In this document: positions 1 to 10,315 of the stretch, in pieces
How positions within the stretch are numbered: the stretch's first letter is position 1
How the letters are laid out: every line of letters begins with the position of its first letter
Assembly (NCBI GenBank): GCA_964016885.1
Contig: OZ024744.1
Location: 124,868,001 to 124,932,000, forward strand
Reading direction: 5' to 3'
Length of the DNA stretch: 64,000 nt
DNA from: Eledone cirrhosa
Lineage: Eukaryota
Translations under genes and position numbers: made by a program
Notes under the pieces: generated by a model
Seen by the model: the letters and a program-made list of their open reading frames with translations, nothing else
Databases searched by the model: none
What the model was told of the DNA's origin: nothing

Positions 1-59
1 GAGATATTCAGTGCTAGTGTGGTGTTCTGTCAGTTGTGGAGATTGATGAATCTAAACAG

Positions 60-260
60 AAATATCAACAGCACTTTTCATTTCTGAGTAACACATTTGT
101 TACCAAGTGCTGCATGGCTGGAATGAAAATCAGTGCTGTGAAAACCAAGACATTCATCCTCTCAAGGAAGCTTGTGCAGTGCACTCTACATGTAAATGGA
201 GTCCCACTGAAGCAGGTAGAAAAGTTCATGTATCTCGAAGCTGTGTTCACGAGTGATGAC
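60..260 (+). mobile_element. Non-LTR (RTE-like) reverse transcriptase C-terminal fragment
   Basis: GMKISAVKTK...LKQVEKFMYLEAVFTSD resembles the RT region GLKIN..KTK...V..FKYLG. Confidence 0.65.
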
Positions 261-396
261 AGAGACGGCAAAGGCACAACACACAACAGAAGAAAAGAAC
301 AATGACAATTATTATTATTATTATTATTATTATTTGTTTTATTAGTTTTATTATAATAAAAATTGTGCTGTTAGTTTGCTTGCTATACCATCATGT

Positions 397-484
397 ACCC
401 TAACCCTAAACCTAACCCCAACTCCAACTCTGACCCTAAACCTAACCCCAACCCCAACCCTAACCCTAACCCTAACCCTAACCC
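397..484 (-). repeat. Interstitial telomere-like tract (CCCTAA)n with variants
   Basis: CCCTAA, CCCCAA and ACCTAA hexamers; perfect CCCTAA units at the right end. Confidence 0.9.
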
Positions 485-1408
485 ACGATAGAAGACGTTC
501 GTTACCGCTGGAGCAACGCAAATTACTCCTCGGTTGACGCCAAAAACGAACGCCTTCTCGACGGCTAGCCGCATTTCGTGATCCGCCTTTCGATTGCGCT
601 TCCGTCGCGGAAAAAGAATTGCCTTTATAGGCCGCCGCCGCCCGACCGGACCCACGATAGAAGACGTTCGTTACCGCTGGAGCAACGCAAATTACTCCTC
701 GGTTGACGCCAAAAACGAACGCCTTCTCGACGGCTAGCCGCATTTCGTGATCCGCCTTTCGATTGCGCTTCCGTCGCGGAAAAAGAATTGCCTTTATAGG
801 CCGCCGCCGCCCGACCGGACCCACGATAGAAGACGTTCGTTACCGCTGGAGCAACGCAAATTACTCCTCGGTTGACGCCAAAAACGAACGCCTTCTCGAC
901 GGCTAGCCGCATTTCGTGATCCGCCTTTCGATTGCGCTTCCGTCGCGGAAAAAGAATTGCCTTTATAGGCCGCCGCCGCCCGACCGGACCCACGATAGAA
1001 GACGTTCGTTACCGCTGGAGCAACGCAAATTACTCCTCGGTTGACGCCAAAAACGAACGCCTTCTCGACGGCTAGCCGCATTTCGTGATCCGCCTTTCGA
1101 TTGCGCTTCCGTCGCGGAAAAAGAATTGCCTTTATAGGCCGCCGCCGCCGCCCGACCGGACCCACGATAGAAGACGTTCGTTACCGCTGGAGCAACGCAA
1201 ATTACTCCTCGGTTGACGCCAAAAACGAACGCCTTCTCGACGGCTAGCCGCATTTCGTGATCCGCCTTTCGATTGCGCTTCCGTCGCGGAAAAAGAATTG
1301 CCTTTATAGGCCGCCGCCGCCGCCCGACCGGACCCACGATAGAAGACGTTCGTTACCGCTGGAGCAACGCAAATTACTCCTCGGTTGACGCCAAAAACGA
1401 ACGCCTTC
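481..1408 (+). repeat. 169/172-bp CpG-rich tandem repeat (5 units plus a partial); putative rDNA spacer/ETS subrepeat
   Basis: Units start at 481, 650, 819, 988, 1160 and 1332; length differs by one GCC. The ETS/IGS identity is inferred from its position upstream of the 18S start. Confidence 0.9.
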
Positions 1409-1765
1409 CGGTTCGGGCGACGTAAAAGTCTGTAGCCTTTTCGCCGATCCTCGACGATTATCCGCCTTCCGAACAACCGCCTTTCCGCCGTCACAGCAGT
1501 AGGTACTCGTCCGTCGTAATAGCCGTCATTTTAATGCAGGAGAAACGCCTAAATGCACTGCGATTAACGACGATCTACGACGCGCTTACTCTTCCTTGCT
1601 GCGACGAAGGTTTCGTTCGGCTTTTCGTCGTGGACCCGGTCAGGTCATGCCGCTGATCTCGCGTTGCGTCGTTACCGCTGGAGCAACGCAAATTACTCCT
1701 CGTTTAACGCCAACATCGAACGCGCTTCGGTTCTCGGTCGTCGTTGTTTTGTTTCGTGCGGAAGA
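1409..1765 (+). other. Putative 5' external transcribed spacer-like sequence
   Basis: CpG-rich, directly 5' of the 18S start, and contains a partial copy of the 169-bp unit at about 1671-1720. Confidence 0.55.
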
Positions 1766-1950
1766 TACCTGGGTGATCCTGCCAGTAGTCATATGCTTGT
1801 CTCAAAGCTTAAGCCATGCAAGTGGAAGTTCATGCCGTAAACGAAAATGGTGAAACCGCGAATGGCTCAGGAACCGGATCTAATCCTCGGGACCGTATTC
1901 CTCACCGCGAGGAGAGGATAACTGTGGCAATTCTAGAGCTAATACATGCA
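1766..1950 (+). pseudogene. 18S rRNA 5' fragment
   Basis: TACCTGGGTGATCCTGCCAGTAGTCATATGCTTGTCTCAAAG..AAGCCATGCA; GAAACCGCGAATGGCTCA; GGATAACTGTGGCAATTCTAGAGCTAATACATGC. These are conserved eukaryotic SSU 5' motifs; the gene is truncated after about 185 nt. Confidence 0.95.
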
Positions 1951-1956
1951 ATTGAG

Positions 1957-4900
1957 ATCGGAGAGGGAGCGATCCGTCTGCTTGATTCCGATAACGAACG
2001 AGACATTCGTATCCGAAAGAACGTTTGTCTGGAAACTGGTGAGTCAGTGAGTCGAAAAAAAAAATATCTCGGTGGTAGTAGCAAATATTCGAACGAGACA
2101 TTCGTATGCGAAAGAACGTTTGTCGGTGGTAGTAGCAAATATTCGAACGAGACATTCGTATGCGAAAGAACGTTTGTCGGTGGTAGTAGCAAATATTCGA
2201 ACGAGACATTCGTATGCGAAAGAACGTTTGTCTGGAAGTGGCGATCCATGCCCGGTGGATAGTTGGTTCCGGGTTTTACTATGATTGTTGCAAAACAGAA
2301 ACTTAAAGGGATTGACAGAATTTGCGATTCCAGAGAGAGGGCGATCCGTCTGCTTGATTCCGATAACGAACGAGACATTCGTATCCGAAAGAACGTTTGT
2401 CTGGAAACTGGTGAGTCAGTGAGTCGAAAAAAAAATATCTCGGTGGTAGTAGCAAATATTCGAACGAGACATTCGTATGCGAAAGAACGTTTGTCGGTGG
2501 TAGTAGCAAATATTCGAACGAGACATTCGTATGCGAAAGAACGTTTGTCTGGAAGTGGCGATCCATGCCCGGTGGATAGTTGGTTCCGGGTTTTACTATG
2601 ATTGTTGCAAAACAGAAACTTAAAGGGATTGACAGAATTTGCGATTCCGGAGAGGGGGCGATCCGTCTGCTTGATTCCGATAACGAACGAGACATTCGTA
2701 TCCGAAAGAACGTTTGTCTGGAAACTGGTGAGTCAGTGAGTCGAAAAAAAAAATATCTCGGTGGTAGTAGCAAATATTCGAACGAGACATTCGTATGCGA
2801 AAGAACGTTTGTCGGTGGTAGTAGCAAATATTCGAACGAGACATTCGTATGCGAAAGAACGTTTGTCTGGAAGTGGCGATCCATGCCCGGTGGATAGTTG
2901 GTTCCGGGTTTTACTATGATTGTTGCAAAACAGAAACTTAAAGGGATTGACAGAATTTGCGATTCCGGAGAGGGGGCGATCCGTCTGCTTGATTCCGATA
3001 ACGAACGAGACATTCGTATCCGAAAGAACGTTTGTCTGGAAACTGGTGAGTCAGTGAGTCGAAAAAAAAAATATCTCGGTGGTAGTAGCAAATATTCGAA
3101 CGAGACATTCGTATGCGAAAGAACGTTTGTCGGTGGTAGTAGCAAATATTCGAACGAGACATTCGTATGCGAAAGAACGTTTGTCGGTGGTAGTAGCAAA
3201 TATTCGAACGAGACATTCGTATGCGAAAGAACGTTTGTCTGGAAGTGGCGATCCATGCCCGGTGGATAGTTGGTTCCGGGTTTTACTATGATTGTTGCAA
3301 AACAGAAACTTAAAGGGATTGACAGAATTTGCGATTCCAGAGAGAGGGCGATCCGTCTGCTTGATTCCGATAACGAACGAGACATTCGTATCCGAAAGAA
3401 CGTTTGTCTGGAAACTGGTGAGTCAGTGAGTCGAAAAAAAAATATCTCGGTGGTAGTAGCAAATATTCGAACGAGACATTCGTATGCGAAAGAACGTTTG
3501 TCTGGAAGTGGCGATCCATGCCCGGTGGATAGTTGGTTCCGGGTTTTACTATGATTGTTGCAAAACAGAAACTTAAAGGGATTGACAGAATTTGCGATTC
3601 CGGAGAGGGGGCGATCCGTCTGCTTGATTCCGATAACGAACGAGACATTCGTATCCGAAAGAACGTTTGTCTGGAAACTGGTGAGTCAGTGAGTCGAAAA
3701 AAAAAATATCTCGGTGGTAGTAGCAAATATTCGAACGAGACATTCGTATGCGAAAGAACGTTTGTCGGTGGTAGTAGCAAATATTCGAACGAGACATTCG
3801 TATGCGAAAGAACGTTTGTCGGTGGTAGTAGCAAATATTCGAACGAGACATTCGTATGCGAAAGAACGTTTGTCTGGAAGTGGCGATCCATGCCCGGTGG
3901 ATAGTTGGTTCCGGGTTTTACTATGATTGTTGCAAAACAGAAACTTAAAGGGATTGACAGAATTTGCGATTCCGGAGAGAGGGCGATCCGTCTGCTTGAT
4001 TCCGATAACGAACGAGACATTCGTATCCGAGAGAACGTTTTTCTGGAAACTGGTGAGTCAGTGAGTCGAAAAAAAAATATCTCGGTGGTAGTAGCAAATA
4101 TTCGAACGAGACATTCGTATGCGAAAGAAAAATATCTCGGTGGTAGTAGCAAATATTCGAACGAGACATTCGTATGCGAAAGAACGTTTGTCTGGAAGTG
4201 GCGATCCATGCCCGGTGGATAGTTGGTTCCGGGTTTTACTATGATTGTTGCAAAACAGAAACTTAAAGGGATTGACAGAATTTGCCATTCCGGAGAGGGG
4301 GCGATCCGTCTGCTTGATTCCGATAACGAACGAGACATTCGTATCCGAAAGAACGTTTGTCTGGAAACTGGTGAGTCAGTGAGTCGAAAAAAAAATATCT
4401 CGGTGGTAGTAGCAAATATTCGAACGAGACATTCGTATGCGAAAGAACGTTTGTCTGGAAGTGGCGATCCATGCTCGGTGGATAGTTGGTTCCGGGTTTT
4501 ACTATGATTGTTGCAAAACAGAAACTTAAAGGGATTGACAGAATTTGCGATTCCGGAGAGGGGGCGATCCGTCTGCTTGATTCCGATAACGAACGAGACA
4601 TTCGTATCCGAAAGAACGTTTGTCTGGAAACTGGTGAGTCAGTGAGTCGAAAAAAAAATATCTCGGTGGTAGTAGCAAATATTCGTATGCGAAAGAAAAG
4701 ATCTCGGTGGTAGTAGCAAATATTCGAACGAGACATTCGTAGGCGAAAGAAAAATATCTCGGTGGTAGTAGCAAATATTCGAACGAGACATTCGTATTCG
4801 AAAGAACGTTTGTCTGGAAGTTGCGATCCATGCCCGGTGGATAGTTGGTTCCGGGCTTTACTATGATTGTTGCAAAACAGAAACTTAAAGGGATTGACAG

Positions 4901-7900
4901 AATTTGCGATTCCGGAGAGGGGGCGATCCGTCTGCTTGATTTCGATAACGAACGAGACATTCGTATCCGAAAGAACGTTTGTCTGGAAACTGGTGAGTCA
5001 GTGAGTCGAAAAAAAAAATATCTCGGTGGTAGTAGCAAATATTCGAACGAGACATTCGTATGCGAAAGAACGTTTGTCGGTGGTAGTAGCAAATATTCGA
5101 ACGAGACATTCGTATGCGAAAGAACGTTTGTCGGTGGTAGTAGCAAATATTCGAACGAGACATTCGTATGCGAAAGAACGTTTGTCTGGAAGTGGCGATC
5201 CATGCCCGGTGGATAGTTGGTTCCGGGTTTTACTATGATTGTTGCAAAACAGAAACTTAAAGGGATTGACAGAATTTGCGATTCCAGAGAGAGGGCGATC
5301 CGTCTGCTTGATTCCGATAACGAACGAGACATTCGTATCCGAAAGAACGTTTGTCTGGAAACTGGTGAGTCAGTGAGTCGAAAAAAAAATATCTCGGTGG
5401 TAGTAGCAAATATTCGAACGAGACATTCGTATGCGAAAGAACGTTTGTCGGTGGTAGTAGCAAATATTCGAACGAGACATTCGTATGCGAAAGAACGTTT
5501 GTCTGGAAGTGGCGATCCATGCCCGGTGGATAGTTGGTTCCGGGTTTTACTATGATTGTTGCAAAACAGAAACTTAAAGGGATTGACAGAATTTGCGATT
5601 CCGGAGAGGGGGCGATCCGTCTGCTTGATTCCGATAACGAACGAGACATTCGTATCCGAAAGAACGTTTGTCTGGAAACTGGTGAGTCAGTGAGTCGAAA
5701 AAAAAAATATCTCGGTGGTAGTAGCAAATATTCGAACGAGACATTCGTATGCGAAAGAACGTTTGTCGGTGGTAGTAGCAAATATTCGAACGAGACATTC
5801 GTATGCGAAAGAACGTTTGTCTGGAAGTGGCGATCCATGCCCGGTGGATAGTTGGTTCCGGGTTTTACTATGATTGTTGCAAAACAGAAACTTAAAGGGA
5901 TTGACAGAATTTGCGATTCCGGAGAGGGGGCGATCCGTCTGCTTGATTCCGATAACGAACGAGACATTCGTATCCGAAAGAACGTTTGTCTGGAAACTGG
6001 TGAGTCAGTGAGTCGAAAAAAAAAATATCTCGGTGGTAGTAGCAAATATTCGAACGAGACATTCGTATGCGAAAGAAAAATATCTCGGTGGTAGTAGCAA
6101 ATATTCGAACGAGACATTCGTATGCGAAAGAACGTTTGTCTGGAAGTGGCGATCCATGCCCGGTGGATAGTTGGTTCCGGGTTTTACTATGATTGTTGCA
6201 AAACAGAAACTTAAAGGGATTGACAGAATTTGCGATTCCGGAGAGGGGGCGATCCGTCTGCTTGTTTCCGATAACGAACGAGACATTCGTATCCGAAAGA
6301 ACGTTTGTCTGGAAACTGGTGAGTCAGTGAGTCGAAAAAAAAAATATCTCGGTGGTAGTAGCAAATATTCGAACGAGACATTCGTATGCGAAAGAACGTT
6401 TGTCGGTGGTAGTAGCAAATATTCGAACGAGACATTCGTATGCGAAAGAACGTTTGTCGGTGGTAGTAGCAAATATTCGAACGAGACATTCGTATGCGAA
6501 AGAACGTTTGTCTGGAAGTGGCGATCCATGCCCGGTGGATAGTTGGTTCCGGGTTTTACTATGATTGTTGCAAAACAGAAACTTAAAGGGATTGACAGAA
6601 TTTGCGATTCCGGAGAGAGGGCGATCCGTCTGCTTGATTCCGATAACGAACGAGACATTCGTATCCGAGAGAACGTTTGTCTGGAAACTGGTGAGTCAGT
6701 GAGTCGAAAAAAAAATATCTCGGTGGTAGTAGCAAATATTCGAACGAGACATTCGTATGCGAAAGAAAAATATCTCGGTGGTAGTAGCAAATATTCGAAC
6801 GAGACATTCGTATGCGAAAGAACGTTTGTCTGGAAGTGGCGATCCATGCCCGGTGGATAGTTGGTTCCGGGTTTTACTATGATTGTTGCAAAACAGAAAC
6901 TTAAAGGGATTGACAGAATTTGCGATTCCGGAGAGGGGGCGATCCGTCTGCTTGATTCCGATAACGAACGAGACATTCGTATCCGAAAGAACGTTTGTCT
7001 GGAAACTGGTGAGTCAGTGAGTCGAAAAAAAAATATCTCGGTGGTAGTAGCAAATATTCGTATGCGAAAGAAAAGATCTCGGTGGTAGTAGCAAATATTC
7101 GAACGAGACATTCGTAGGCGAAAGAAAAATATCTCGGTGGTAGTAGCAAATATTCGAACGAGACATTCGTATTCGAAAGAACGTTTGTCTGGAAGTTGCG
7201 ATCCATGCCCGGTGGATAGTTGGTTCCGGGCTTTACTATGATTGTTGCAAAACAGAAACTTAAAGGGATTGACAGAATTTGCGATTCCGGAGAGGGGGCG
7301 ATCCGTCTGCTTGATTTCGATAACGAACGAGACATTCGTATCCGAAAGAACGTTTGTCTGGAAACTGGTGAGTCAGTGAGTCGAAAAAAAAAATATCTCG
7401 GTGGTAGTAGCAAATATTCGAACGAGACATTCGTATGCGAAAGAACGTTTGTCGGTGGTAGTAGCAAATATTCGAACGAGACATTCGTATGCGAAAGAAC
7501 GTTTGTCGGTGGTAGTAGCAAATATTCGAACGAGACATTCGTATGCGAAAGAACGTTTGTCTGGAAGTGGCGATCCATGCCCGGTGGATAGTTGGTTCCG
7601 GGTTTTACTATGATTGTTGCAAAACAGAAACTTAAAGGGATTGACAGAATTTGCGATTCCAGAGAGAGGGCGATCCGTCTGCTTGATTCCGATAACGAAC
7701 GAGACATTCGTATCCGAAAGAACGTTTGTCTGGAAACTGGTGAGTCAGTGAGTCGAAAAAAAAATATCTCGGTGGTAGTAGCAAATATTCGAACGAGACA
7801 TTCGTATGCGAAAGAACGTTTGTCTGGAAGTGGCGATCCATGCTCGGTGGATAGTTGGTTCCGGGTTTTACTATGATTGTTGCAAAACAGAAACTTAAAG

Positions 7901-8272
7901 GGATTGACAGAATTTGCGATTCCGGAGAGGGGGCGATCCGTCTGCTTGATTCCGATAACGAACGAGACATTCGTATCCGAAAGAACGTTTGTCTGGAAAC
8001 TGGTGAGTCAGTGAGTCGAAAAAAAAATATCTCGGTGGTAGTAGCAAATATTCGTATGCGAAAGAAAAGATCTCGGTGGTAGTAGCAAATATTCGAACGA
8101 GACATTCGTATGCGAAAGAAAAATATCTCGGTGGTAGTAGCAAATATTCGAACGAGACATTCGTATTCGAAAGAACTTTTGTCTGGAAGTTGCGATCCAT
8201 GCCCGGTGGATAGTTGGTTCCGGGCTTTACTATGATTGTTGCAAAACAGAAACTTAAAGGAATTGACAGAAT
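1957..8272 (+). repeat. rRNA-mosaic satellite, about 19 units of 263-372 bp (about 209 + 54n)
   Basis: The unit contains 18S-like motifs GATTCCGGAGAGGG, ATTCCGATAACGAACGAGAC and GGTTCCGGG..TTGCAAA..GAAACTTAAAGG.ATTGAC, plus the 28S motif ATCTCGGTGGTAGTAGCAAATATTC. TTGGTTCCGGG recurs at 2263, 2580, 2898, 3270 ... 8214. Confidence 0.93.
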
Positions 8273-8289
8273 TTTCGAATCGACATCAA

Positions 8290-8655
8290 CTCGGCTACGG
8301 CTATCCCGTCGAGTACGAGAGTATCGCGGGATCAGAGCAACGGTTTGCTAGGCTGCCTCTGAGCGATAACGGCTGAACGCCTCCTCTAAGCCGGAACCCT
8401 AGCCGGACCCGAGTTGTTTTTCGACAAGCGTCTCGACCTTCTTAAGGCCCATGCCTTAGTTTGGCGATTGCCGTCCGTTCGCCGACGGCGGCAGCGTCAG
8501 CGGAAATGCCATTCTGTGACGACTACGACGATTCGTCGTCGTCGTCGTCCATTCGATTTCCTGAAAGAGATAGAGACTAAAGTGATCAAATTGTTCGGAG
8601 TTACGTGCTTAGTAGAGCAGCTACCACACTGCAATCTATTGAGAGTTTTCTGACG
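8290..8655 (+). pseudogene. Degenerate 28S rRNA 3' end
   Basis: Sarcin-ricin-loop-like AGTACGAGAG at 8312, then GCTGAACGCCTC(CTC)TAAG, then the terminal AGAGCAGCTACCACACTGCAATCTATTGA, in the correct LSU order. Confidence 0.85.
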
Positions 8656-9394
8656 AACGATACAATCCGCCCACGTGGCGCCAGAAAGGGAGAAGAAAAG
8701 AAAAGTTAGACGCCGCCGATCGATCGGTTCGTTGTTTTACGTGTACACAGCTTGTGTGTGTGTCTGTATGTGATACAAGCCGCCTATCCGTCTTCCAAGT
8801 AAGTTTTGTGTGTAGACTGCGGAAAGAAATCCAATCCGCCGTCTAGGCGGTTCTGCCGCCGACCCATACTTTTGCGAGTCGCTCCCGGGAAAGACAGGCG
8901 GCAAGACGGCGTGTATACACGACGCCTTCCGTCTTCCGCCTCGAACTCGGGCAAACGTTCCTTTATTCGTCCACGCCTTCCCGCTTCGATCGCGAGAAAG
9001 TAATCAATCTGTTTTGTGTGTGTGTCTGTGTGTGATACAAATTTGTTTTCTTAATTTGATAACCATGAATTGTTTCAACACCGGCCCTTTTAAGGGCCAC
9101 TTATATTTTCAATAATCAGTTTAAATGGGTTGCACCGTAGCCACTTGGTAATACACTGCAAATCTCCCGTCAATCTATGAAGGTTTTGTAGTAGATTAGA
9201 TCAAAACACAATCAGCAAGACAGTAATGGAATGAATAATATAAACATTTGTTTATAATTAAAGCCTTAAGATGTCCCTCCCTCCCTCCCTTCCTTCCTTC
9301 CTTCCTTCCTTCCTTCCTTCCTTCCTTACGATATACACTTTAATAACATTGAAACTTATTTAATAAGTTTAAATTTTAAACACTTTTTATTCAG

Positions 9395-9525
9395 ACGTAC
9401 CGCGATAAGTAACTAGATATGTTCTAACGAATAATCCGCGATGTGGCGAGGATTACCGCGATAGGAAATTAGATACGTTCCAAAGAAATATCCGCGAAAA
9501 GTGAACCGCGATATAGCGGGTTCAC
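9395..9525. mobile_element. Possible Tigger/pogo-type MITE terminus
   Basis: Repeated CCGCGA motifs ending GTGAACCGCGATATAGCGG; resemblance is from memory only. Confidence 0.35.
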
Positions 9526-9590
9526 CAGCCAGTGTATTACTGGTACTTTATTTTATCGACCCCCATAAGGATGAAAGGCAAAGTTAACTG
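9526..9590 (-). mobile_element. SINE fragment
   Basis: Reverse complement of the core TTAACTTTGCCTTTCATCCTT..GGGGTCGATAAAATAAAG.ACCAGT seen at about 21050-21100. Confidence 0.75.
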
Positions 9591-9689
9591 TGCAATAACA
9601 AAGGGAGATAACCTCGTCTTTTTTTTTTTTACGGAGTTATTTCCCTTTAAATTTTATCTATTACTTATGATGATACAATTTAATCAGTT

Positions 9690-9816
9690 CTTAGCTGTCG
9701 AGACACTGCATCCTTTAAAACCTCCATGGAACAAGCTACCTGCAACAGTTGTTAGCTGTCGAGACACTGCATCTTTTAAAACCTCCATGGAACAAACTAC
9801 CTGCATCAGTTGTTAG
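9690..9816 (+). mobile_element. CR1 ORF2 3' fragment, tandemly duplicated (about 60 bp)
   Basis: Encodes WNKLPATVVSCRDTASFK, matching the C-terminus of the CR1 ORF at 23424-24515. Confidence 0.85.
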
Positions 9817-9873
9817 GGTCTGAGTTCAAATCACGCCGAGGAGGTTAACTTTGCCTTTCATCCTTACGGGGTC
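9817..9873 (+). mobile_element. SINE fragment
   Basis: GTCTGAGTTCAAATCACGCCGAGG..TTAACTTTGCCTTTCATCCTTACGGGGTCG, near-identical to 21026-21080. Confidence 0.8.
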
Positions 9874-10084
9874 GGTCGGAAAACGAACCATTCCCGGTTC
9901 GCTTTCGAAGCGGGTTTCCGAAAACAGCGCTTCTCTCGACCGGGCCCGTCGTCCGCTCGGCGGTGGTTTTCATCGTCCCAGGCACGGCTAACAGGCGGAG
10001 ACGGGACAAACGCGCGTGTTCCTTTTTTTATCAGCCGCAGCGCCGTTCGTATATATGCTTAGGTTGTTTTTTTTTTAAATATCC

Positions 10085-10315
10085 TAAGTTAAGTTGGGGC
10101 TAAGTTAAGTTGGGGCTAAGTTAAGTTGAGGTTAAGTTGAGTTGGGGTTAAGTTAAGTGGGGGTTAAGTTAAGCTGGGGTTAAGTTAAGTTGAGGTTAAG
10201 TTAAGTTGGGGTTAAGTCAAGTTGGGGTTAAGTTAAGTTGGGGTTAAGTTAGGTTGGGGTTAAGTTAGGTTGGGGTTAAGTTAAGTTGGGGTTAAGTTAG
10301 GTTGCGGTTAAGTTA
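10085..10315 (+). repeat. G-rich 16-bp repeat (AAGTTAAGTTGGGGTT)n, telomere-like
   Basis: About 14 units with TTGGGG/TTAGG variants. Confidence 0.9.

Noticed and set aside
351-1494. Arg/Gly-rich minus-strand ORFs
   Set aside because: Translations of the 169-bp and telomeric repeats.
1816-8200. Repetitive ORFs up to 368 aa as a repeat protein
   Set aside because: They translate rRNA-derived satellite, and the frames shift with A-run length.
1957-8272. CRISPR-like array
   Set aside because: No unique spacers; the whole monomer repeats, no cas genes are present, and the context is eukaryotic.
1766-8655. Functional rRNA operon
   Set aside because: 18S is truncated at about 185 nt, no 5.8S was recognised, and the 28S piece is small and mutated.
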